Shown: piece after piece, positions 50,031-64,000 of the stretch
Numbering within the stretch: the first letter of the stretch is position 1
Layout of the letters: the number at the start of each line of letters is the position of its first letter
Assembly: GCA_021613535.1 (NCBI GenBank)
Contig: CP075492.1
Location: 13,764,001-13,828,000 of the forward strand
DNA length: 64,000 nucleotides
Reading direction: 5' to 3'
Source: Adineta vaga
Taxonomy: Eukaryota > Animalia > Rotifera
Position numbers and translations under genes: made by a program
Notes under the pieces: model-generated
Databases searched by the model: none
Told to the model about the DNA's origin: nothing
Seen by the model: the letters and a program-made list of their open reading frames with translations, nothing else

Positions 50031-51919
50031 TCAGCTCTCAATTCGTGATGATATAGCATTCGGCATGTTTGCTAACATATTTCTCCATCCATAGCTCATC
50101 AGATTGCACGAAAGATTTAGTTTGGCAAGTGTCTAGAATACATAATAAAAGAAAACATATAATCCATAGGTATATCTTAGAAGTGTCACTTACAAAATTT
50201 GTTTGTAATGCATTAACTAGATATTGTACACCTTCTGTGTGAATGTTGTTCGATTCTATATACAATTCTAAGAGCGTCTACAGCAAAATGATGGGAATGA
50301 TTAGAAAATATTCAAGTTACTGTATTGTTTTGTATTCCATTGGCTAGATACATTGCACCTTCATCACCAATATTATTACGTCCAAGATATAACACTTTGA
50401 GTGTCTATAATATATGGCAGTGAATAAATTTTGTAGATAATACGTAATGTGATTAAATTATACCGAATTTGTTTGAAAAGCACTGGCCAAATGATGTGCA
50501 CCTCGAACATTTATATGATTTCCACCTAGATGCAACGTTGTCAGTGTCTATGTCGAATATAATCAGATGTTACAAAGAGGAAAATTTTCTCAAAGAATAC
50601 AACTGACAGAATTATTTTGCAATGCATCAGCTAGATATAGTATACCTTCATTGGCAATCTGACAATTCCATATTATCAATGTTATGAGTGACTATTTGAA
50701 AAGATAATGATTAATATACTATAGTGAAAGTTAGAGAATGTTGAACTGACTGAATTATTTCGCAAGGCATTCGATAGATGTCTTGCACCTTCATTACCAA
50801 TCATATTCTCGGCAAGACCTAATATTTTCAATGTCTACAATAGTCCTTGTTGATGAAAATATTTTTCAGAATGCAAAAATACGATTCACTTTATTCTGAG
50901 ACAACGCATCAGCTAAATATTCGACACCCATTTTGTCAATTTCGTTCAGTGTGACATCCAGGTCTATTAATGTCTACATTTATTGATATTAACAATAACT
51001 ATTTGATTTTTTAGATAATGAGAAAGTACTATACTTACTTTATTGTATTTCAGTACACTAGCTAGATAGCGTACACCTTCATTGCCAATGTTACATTTTC
51101 CAATAAATAAATGTGACAATACCTTAAGTAAAGCGATGCTAGTGAAAACATGGCAGTTGTTCAGAAAAGATTGCTTACAGTAGGATTTTGTAAACTATTT
51201 GATAAATAACGTGCACCTTCAGTATGAATACTTGTCCATGCAAGACATAGGGTTAATGTATCTAAAACAGATGATAAAAGATAACAGTACAATTGACAAT
51301 TTTGTTGTTCATCATCACTCACTGTATTATTTTTCAAACCCATAATAAAGAATCTTAACCCTTCAGTACTAATACGATTTTCACCACAGTTCAGTTTTGT
51401 CAATGTCTACAGAAGTATACATAATTCATCTTCATTATGTGCGTCATTGTTTCGACGTTATTTTAAATATAATTTACCTTATTTCTTTGTAAGACATATC
51501 CCAATTCTCGGGCAATTTCATCGTTCAGATGGTGGCCACTAAGTTCTAATGTTGTGATCGTCTATGTTACATAAAAATAGTTCATAAAAATAGAGTGAAC
51601 TAAAGAACTTCGCATTACAGTATTCGTTTGTAGGGATCGTATTAAACATTTAAATAGATCATTGTTCAGAGATCGATGTTTTAGATCGAGTATAGTAAAT
51701 ATCTAAATAATAGTTCGTATTTGATACTTTGCAACAACAAGAAACATGGAAACCTCAAGATTCTACCTGATACGGTTGATAAGTTTCGATGATTGCATTT
51801 AATCGTACACATACATTACGTGCTGATAAAAGTATTGAAAATTCATTAAGATGATCCAAAATACGATAAATTAATTCAATAGGTAAAGTATGAAGCGATG
51901 GTGGAACTCTTTTTGACAT
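50031..51919 (-). CDS. F-box-like domain plus RI-type LRR protein, one 28-aa repeat per exon (13 exons); one exon is 83 nt
   Basis: Exon 1 reads MSKRVPPSLHTLPIELIYRILDHL. Eleven internal phase-0 exons of the form TLxxLxLxxNxIGxEGAxxLAxxLxxNx follow. Stop at 50033-50031. Confidence 0.8.
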
Positions 51920-52301
51920 TATTATTATTTGTTATAAATTCCAGACTGCCTATATTTACATAGAGAGAGCAGTAAAAGTACAAAAAGTTACTTTAGTTGG
52001 AAAAATCTTTAATAACATTTATGCATTATAGTTCTTTCTTTTTTTGAGGGTGTCGATTCAACCAACACACACATATTCATTTGAGTGTGCTTGTTTCTTT
52101 TTCTTTTTTTATGCATGCAATACAACAAAGAACGAAAAAAACGAGTCAAAACATTACGATAGAAATGACAAAAAATATGAAAAATCCATCTTTTGTCACT
52201 TACACTTTTCGAGAAAAAAAATAGTCGCGCATTCAATTTCAGATTTTAGCTATGTTAAAGTGGTGGCGTAGAGAGTCATTCTCTATTTAAATGAATAATA
52301 A

Positions 52302-53333
52302 TTAATGCCGTAGATGTATTTGTATTAATTGTCGAACGCAATGACGATAAAAAAGAAGAATTCGTTCGTAAAATACTTCACGAAAGAATTTACTCGAAAG
52401 CATCGATGCATAAAACGATACGGCATAATTGAGAAAGTATAATGAACTACCAAGTGACTCAGCAAATGATTGTGCAGCTTGTTGTTCAACTGTTGGAGTT
52501 ACAAGTTTAAAAACAATGTTACGATAACTGGCTGTACCAAAACGTAGTGAAGAAAGTGATACACTTAGAGATATTTGTATTGCAATGATCTACATTTTGG
52601 TAATTTTTATGAAGAAATTATAATAAACAAGATCATACCTTAATAAACTTCAATTCCAGTGCTTCCCGATGATTCATTTTATATTTTCCTATCATCGTAG
52701 GCATCACTCGGTGTCGAGATTTTCTAAGTGTCATAAAAGTAAGGAGAGAAAAGATTAACATAAGCATATGGGGTAAAAATATCACAACAACGATTAAATA
52801 GCCTGCATAGACAAAGATATAGATACTTCCTGGACTAATTTGACATTTATTGTTATAAACATCAAAAAGAATAAATATGTGTATTGGCATCGTAATACCA
52901 CGTATCAATGCAGCAATTGACAACCGTTTTACCATTTTAATTTGACCCCATGCACGTATTCTGCCATTTTCTGATGTACAGAAGAATCGATCCATTGTTG
53001 CCAAAGCCAAATAGTAAGAAACGAGTTCAGGTAGTGATATAGCCAGATAATAACGAAATTTACAAAACACAGCCGATTCATTCATCAAATTACCACCAGA
53101 ATGACGTAAATCAGACGAATTGAAACACATGTTAGAATAGTAATTAATTGTGATATTGTGAGACATAATAAATAGAATGTAGCTGAGGACTGGCGCATTC
53201 GTCGACTGGTAAGTGTGATTAGATTGCCGATGCAACCAATTGTACCAAAGATGAAAGTGACAAGATCGATAGAAAATGTAATGTCGGAAACGATTTGTGC
53301 TAGTCTCGTTGAATAGCTGCCAGTATTCGACAT
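52302..53333 (-). pseudogene. Rhodopsin-like GPCR with one frameshift near 53107; one intron near 52590-52638
   Basis: TM1-2 lie in ORF 53085-53333 (GCIGN), TM3-5 in another frame (CKFRYY, MDRF), and TM6-7 in the last exon (NYAVSFY). Confidence 0.75.
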
Positions 53334-55108
53334 AGCTAGGTATATTTTTCCTTTCTGAGTGCTTTAATATAGGGAAGAGATAAAGGTTTGTAACGCAGTA
53401 AAGAAATATGTGCAAACCAAATGAACTGAATTTTTATTTCTTTTTTGCACTTATGTGTCATCTGAAAATAGATAGTTCAAGGATGATGTATTCTTGGTCT
53501 TATTAATTAGTTCTCTTTAAATTAGTGAGCTCTGACGTTCATACATATATGGGATCAACATGCAATAATGAACGAGCGGCAAAATATAACTATAAAAAAC
53601 AAGGGTCGTTATGATGACGCACGCTGCATAAATGTGGAAAAGAAATAAAAAGAAAATTATTGGATCATAATGTAAGAGCAGGAAGAGATATGTCCTGTCA
53701 TTTTTTTTTGTCTTTTATTCTAACATTAAAATATTTGATTCATGATATATGTGCATTCTTACAAAAGAAATTAGTATGTCTTCATAGTTTTAATTTGGTA
53801 TAGGCTATAGCAGCGTATCTAGGATTTAGTAGGTGGCCTGGCGACGCCTTACATCATTTATAAAAACCTATGAATTATGCTTCATAATTTTAAATCAGTC
53901 TCTAATTTTTCACTTTTACGAAGTGAGATCCTATCGACAAAATAGAAGTATATATTAACTAACAAAAGGTAAATGAAAGTTATTTTAACAATATCTGACT
54001 ATTATTGATAATCAACATTGGAATCTCTTTCTTTTGTCTCTTGTTTCATAACAATTTAACGATGCATTTCGCTATAAGAGTGGCACTGGTTGATTTCATC
54101 TAGTACTGATAAACGAAGGAAGAAAAATATCTTTAGAACAAATAAAATTTTATCAATTCATCTATGAATGTGTTGTTCTGGTTAAAAAAAGATAATTCCT
54201 CACAACCAGTTCTATTTCTTGTTTTATATTCTGCTTTTGATATCATATTAATTGTAAAAAAAACATTTCGTATTCGAATGAATTTTTAGTATTATGTATT
54301 GAAAATCTACGATCGAAAGAAGATCAAAACTGAACATGATTTCACGTATTGTTTGTCAAGAATTATTTCGAGAAAACTGAATTGATTCAATTTAGATGTA
54401 TGTTAACAGGACTATTTTTAGATTTAGAAATATTTTACTGTAAAATAGAATATCATGAACTCACATCCAATAGGTCTAATTGATAAATCGAAATCCCTTG
54501 CCATCAACAGTATATTAAAAGGTAATAGATATTCTCTCTTGAGTGTTGATAAAATTGATTGCTACTGTAATTCTATTTACTTAATTGAGTATTTAGAGAT
54601 TAACTAAGAAGATCGAATTGATAAAATTCACAACAAAAACTAGATCATACATACTGAGAATATCTGTAAGACGTGTTCACTCGTCAACTTACCGCTTGTT
54701 TATGTTCACAGAAGTGTATTTCTCTAGTTCATATTGTATTTTATGAAAAACTTTTACAAATCTGTCTTTTACCATACAAAAATAAACAAATATCAGTTAA
54801 CTTCTCAAATGATTTAATGAATAGAACAAATTCTTCTTAATCAATTTATTTATATACTAAGAAATACGAATCGATATTCCTTTGAACATAAACTTCTCTT
54901 AAAAGTCAGGTAGTTATTTTGTATATATCTGTCGAAAAGTGTCTCAAGTAACATAAACAATTGTACAGTTAATTTTACTGATTGACGAAAAGTTCCAAAC
55001 AAACATTTTCTTTCTGTACATAATTTTATTTCAATAATCTTTTATTGTATAAGAACAACTAATATATGAATAATTACACGTTTTCTTGAACATTACAAAG
55101 ATTTATTA

Positions 55109-55699
55109 TTAGATGTTTCGAGTTGTATTATCAAAATAATTTCCAATCTTATCTACAAACTCAATATAAAAATTGGGATAGTGACTGATATTAAATTTCT
55201 CAGCAATATCATCAAGAACTTTTTCAACACACACTTTAACGTCGATTTTATCCCCATATCCACAGGCAAATGTATGAAATTCTTGTGCTGTACAGTTCAT
55301 CTTGGCAATGTCTATCCACCAATAGAGTTCGTTAATCGTATGGCTCGTATCAAGTTTCTCTAATTTCTCCATCGTTGATTGACATTGTTGCAAAAGTGAA
55401 GAAGCATTTGGCGGGTTAATCGAACCGAAACATAACACGTTGAAATCAACTGTAAACTTGGTTAAATGCTTTGGTAGATGTTTTTCTGTGCAACAATCTA
55501 CGACCACATCACAAATTGCTTTGAAATATTTAGGTAATGGATCAGATGTATTTTGATGTAACCATGACCAATGTAATTCAGCCAATCTAGTTTTATCGGC
55601 AGCCATTTGTGCAGCAGTAATACTTTTACCGTTGACATTAATTATTGGAAGTAGAAAAAGAAGAGAGACATATTGAAGTAAGATTCGGTTCATTGACAT
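55109..55699 (-). CDS. Secreted Cys-containing protein of unknown function
   Basis: 196-aa intronless ORF with a signal peptide and 8 Cys. No family recognised. Confidence 0.65.
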   Translation of the reverse strand: MSMNRILLQYVSLLFLLPIINVNGKSITAAQMAADKTRLAELHWSWLHQNTSDPLPKYFKAICDVVVDCCTEKHLPKHLTKFTVDFNVLCFGSINPPNASSLLQQCQSTMEKLEKLDTSHTINELYWWIDIAKMNCTAQEFHTFACGYGDKIDVKVCVEKVLDDIAEKFNISHYPNFYIEFVDKIGNYFDNTTRNI

Positions 55700-56266
55700 A
55701 ATCGAAACAGAAAGTTCTGTCGTGAACGATCAAAACGATGTATGATATGTAATTCACTAACCCATCTCTACATGGAAGAAGAGAGAGAAAAAAGAAATAT
55801 TCATGTATGCGGACGTCGGAAGAGGTGACTAAACAATTTTTTGCCGTCTATATTCGCCTGATAGTTTATGATAACAACGGTAAAGACAGAAGGCGAGATG
55901 TATCACAAAAAGACAACGTATTTCAAAGACAAATTCGATAATAACGATTCACGTGCAAATTTTTTCATTTGTAATGAACATAGTAAAAGAAATTCGATAT
56001 GGAAGCTCTGATCTATGCAAGAGTAGATTTGAATAGCATGATATTATTGTGTAGAATATATATTAGCAAAGTATTCAATGATGGATTTCAATTTTCCAAT
56101 AATTCTGACTATGATGGTATTGACAGGAGACAGGAATATGCTGATGATGATTATTGTTACAAATTATTCTAAATTTTGTTTAAAAATCTTGAGGGTGTGA
56201 GTATGTGTGATGGTATTCTTTTTATTTCACACCCACACTCACACTCACACTCTCGAGATGGACTAT

Positions 56267-56521
56267 TCAAATTGCCGAATTATGATCGAATGGGATTGCT
56301 ACCATTTTGAGACCATATCTCAACACGACCGGCACTTTGAGCAGTAGCGTATAGACAGTATTGTTGATGTCAACAAATAAACCAAATGGACGGGAGCTTG
56401 TATTAGCGAATGTAATGCCATTAGGATCCCATGTTGCATTAGAACAGAATTTCAATTGAAGATTATGTCTATCATTTGCCTGCGAACAATATTTACCTAT
56501 AATTGGATTGCTGATTAACAA
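56267..56521 (-). pseudogene. Remnant of an NHL-repeat protein N-terminus
   Basis: KFCSNATWDPNGITFAN...PFGLFVDINNTVY matches the usual start of bdelloid NHL proteins, then the frame is lost. Confidence 0.6.
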
Positions 56522-56742
56522 AAGAATTAACCAGAAAATTGAACTGCTATTCTATCACATGTTGAAGGAATTCGCATCCAGACGAGAATAATTTTGATTG
56601 AGTAAAAAGTGAAAAAAGATATTATTTTTTGTTTTATATTTCCGACAAAAAACAAACAAAAATGTCCATTTAGGAGATGAATTGCAATGTACTTGTATAG
56701 CCTGACTGAGTTTATGATTACAAGATGAAGAAAAACAATACA

Positions 56743-61852
<5,110 letters not shown>

Positions 61853-62696
61853 TTACAAAGAAGATTGTTTATCGATAAATTACTCGAATATTAACTTATG
61901 AGATGACGAGAAAATATATTACGAAGATATGTACCAACGTGAAAAGAATCACGTTTTTTTTCTTCTTATTACGTGTTATAATTCACAATAATTACATTTT
62001 AGTACATTTGTGTTTTAATTATTCTAATTAGTCAATCAGGATATCGATAAATAATAATAATAATACATCATTTATTCAAATGTTTTGAAAGATTTTTTTA
62101 TTTGATCATCAGTATAAAAAGAAAAGACAATTTCATTCATGTTTATTAACATTTATAATAATTATATTTTTTGTAATTTCATGGACATACATATTATACT
62201 ATTACTGAAAAAGAAATAAATAGATTTTTACTTTCACCTGCATGTTTTTTTCTCATATATTCTGATGATTATTTTTTTGAATATAAAAAGTTGAAAAGAT
62301 CATGAAAATGGCTGGAGATAATTAGAAATAAAACTAGATACTCACAACGCGCATGTCATTTACAAATGAATAAAATATCAACTAGGAGAGAAATCATTTG
62401 ATGATTTAGAAACTTTGTATTTAACTCAGTTTGTAGACACTATCACAACTGTGCAGAATACTTCACTTTTCATGCTATGCATAGCAACAAAATTTTATTT
62501 ATTTCAGAACAAACACAAAGATACATTGAAAAAGAGAAAAAGTTTAATTCACTGCGAATTCAAATTTTAAAGTTCAATTAATTAAATTAAATTAAATTAA
62601 AATTAAACGGCATTAATTAAGAGATGCAAAAGCTTCTGACATATTTCACTGGCTAATGTTATAAATTCATGATTATTGAATGCAAAGAATGGCAAA

Positions 62697-62992
62697 TTAA
62701 AATGGAAGTAATTCAAGGAGCTTTTCGAAGAGAGGTTTGAGGAAATCAAGAGCATCTTTAGCTCCAATTTTTTCTCCACCACTTTCTGTTTTTTCTCCTG
62801 CTTCTTGTGTCTTCCCATCAGGATAAAATAATCCACCTAAAATGAGTTAATATTTCAACAATCAATTTCTTTACTTAATGCTCTCCTACCTGTTGTCATT
62901 CCATAAGGTGAGCCGTAATAGGAAGAATAATTGAGAGATTGATAGTATTGCATTTGATTTGGATACATGTTGTATGATGGATAGTAAGCCAT
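62697..62992 (-). CDS. 80-aa Tyr-rich microprotein; exons 62992-62890 and 62836-62697
   Basis: A 53-nt phase-1 intron (gtagga...ttttag) gives MAYYPSYNMYPNQMQYYQSLNYSSYYGSPYGMTTGGLFYPDGKTQEAGEKTESGGEKIGAKDALDFLKPLFEKLLELLPF*. GC is higher than in the flanks. Confidence 0.65.
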
Positions 62993-63396
62993 TGGATCTT
63001 GTTTTGTTGGTCGATGAAGAAATAGGACGAAAATGAGATGATTGTGATGAAAATTCAATCGTTTATATACACTTTTGCTAACCAATGTTAAGAAGCATGT
63101 CAAATGAAGATTTTAATGAGTGAAGATCATGCATTTTCAAGTGTAAAATTGATTATGGATTGATATGAATATATCAGAGTAAATCATTTCCTACCATATC
63201 AAAATACCGTTGTCAATTATTCGGTTGAAAACAAAAACAAAATATCTTCATGTTCAAAGATATTAAGATGTAGACAAATGTCATGCCGATATACTTGAAT
63301 GACGTTTCAATTTCTTTGAATAGTGTAACAGATTGATTTTGTTATTGCGATGTGACATACATATGCCTTGAAACTATCAAACCTAGAAGTTCATTA

Positions 63397-63580
63397 TTAT
63401 GAATGTACAATAATAATAGGTTTCCGCTTTTTTTCGTTGCGATCATTCTTGTTGTTCTCGCACGTACGATAAATTCCAAAACAATATTCTAATATATTTA
63501 GAATTACAACGAAAACTACGACAACTGTCAAAGTAACAATAGAAATATAACCAAATGTTTTTGAGATGGAAAATGTGTAT
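63397..63580 (-). pseudogene. Remnant of the TM/C-terminal tail of a membrane protein
   Basis: SKTFGYISIVTLTVVVVFVVILNILEYCFGI followed by a basic tail. No intact upstream exons were found. Confidence 0.4.
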
Positions 63581-63842
63581 CTGTTCATATATATATGTAT
63601 GTAAAATTGACAAAAAGAAAACAAAACAAGACAGAGAGTACAGATAAAACTTAATCCTGCACATTCATATTGCCTCGTTTCATTTTTCTTGTCGTTCTAT
63701 GCATGTGTATTGACGTTTGTCTTTCATCACGATTTTGTAATGAAAATATGTATATAGAATGACATTTCATCCTACTTACTAACTGCGCATTTGTTTCTTC
63801 GACATAATACGGAATAATTGTAAAAAAATAAGGCGAGATACG

Positions 63843-64000
63843 ATGAGTAGACGTTCATTAAATGATCACACTTTATATACATTAACAACAACATCTTCGG
63901 ATACACCTTTTCATCGAAAATTAATGAAAAAATATGATCGATGGACGGTAATCTGTTTCATTATTGGTCTAATTAATATTTTCAGTGCGAGCTGGATGTT
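63843..64000 (+). CDS. 5' end of a probable membrane protein, truncated by the window edge
   Basis: MSRRSLNDHTLYTLTTTSSDTPFHRKLMKKYDRWTVICFIIGLINIFSASWM is open to the end of the window. Confidence 0.5.
   Translation, partial: MSRRSLNDHTLYTLTTTSSDTPFHRKLMKKYDRWTVICFIIGLINIFSASWM

Noticed and set aside
50031-51720. Regular 140-nt periodicity resembling a CRISPR array or tandem repeat
   Set aside because: It is explained by 84-nt LRR exons plus short introns. There are no identical direct repeats.
53800-55000. Possible decayed DNA transposon starting near cagcgtatctaggattt (53810)
   Set aside because: No matching second terminus, TSD or convincing transposase motif was found.
62576-62607. 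(TTAAA)n run as a telomeric repeat
   Set aside because: A short AT-rich simple repeat downstream of the microprotein gene that does not match the G-rich bdelloid telomere unit.

Overview
AT-rich eukaryotic DNA with short (about 50-60 nt) GT-AG introns mixed with intronless, bacterial- or fungal-looking genes. The 895-aa glutamate receptor at 35333-38020 has a K+-channel-type TIVGYG pore, and its ligand-binding domain matches AvGluR1 as I recall it. With the gene families present, this points to a bdelloid rotifer, most likely Adineta vaga (recognised from memory, not from a search). The left end holds a compact cluster of three foreign-type enzyme genes: an alanine-racemase-family PLP enzyme, a membrane-anchored heme-oxygenase-like diiron oxidase (HDO) and a divergently transcribed NPPY-type SAM methyltransferase. 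The HDO and methyltransferase each carry one spliceosomal intron, and a probable solo LTR with a 5-bp TSD follows directly. This cluster is the best candidate for an undescribed system: a horizontally acquired mini biosynthetic cluster in an animal. The rest contains a secreted kelch protein, a 16-kb fibrocystin-L-like gene with FN2 inserts, a kinase-LRR fusion, an aldo-keto reductase, three ADP-ribosyltransferase-TPR genes, two GPCRs, an F-box/LRR gene built from 84-nt exons, an ABCC transporter with a degenerate catalytic site, a spliced 80-aa Tyr-rich microprotein missed by the ORF track, and several pseudogenes. Many genes carry frameshifts or stops, which may be decay or assembly error. 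Exon structures were derived by hand and family calls rest on motifs. No rRNA, tRNA or CRISPR array was seen.
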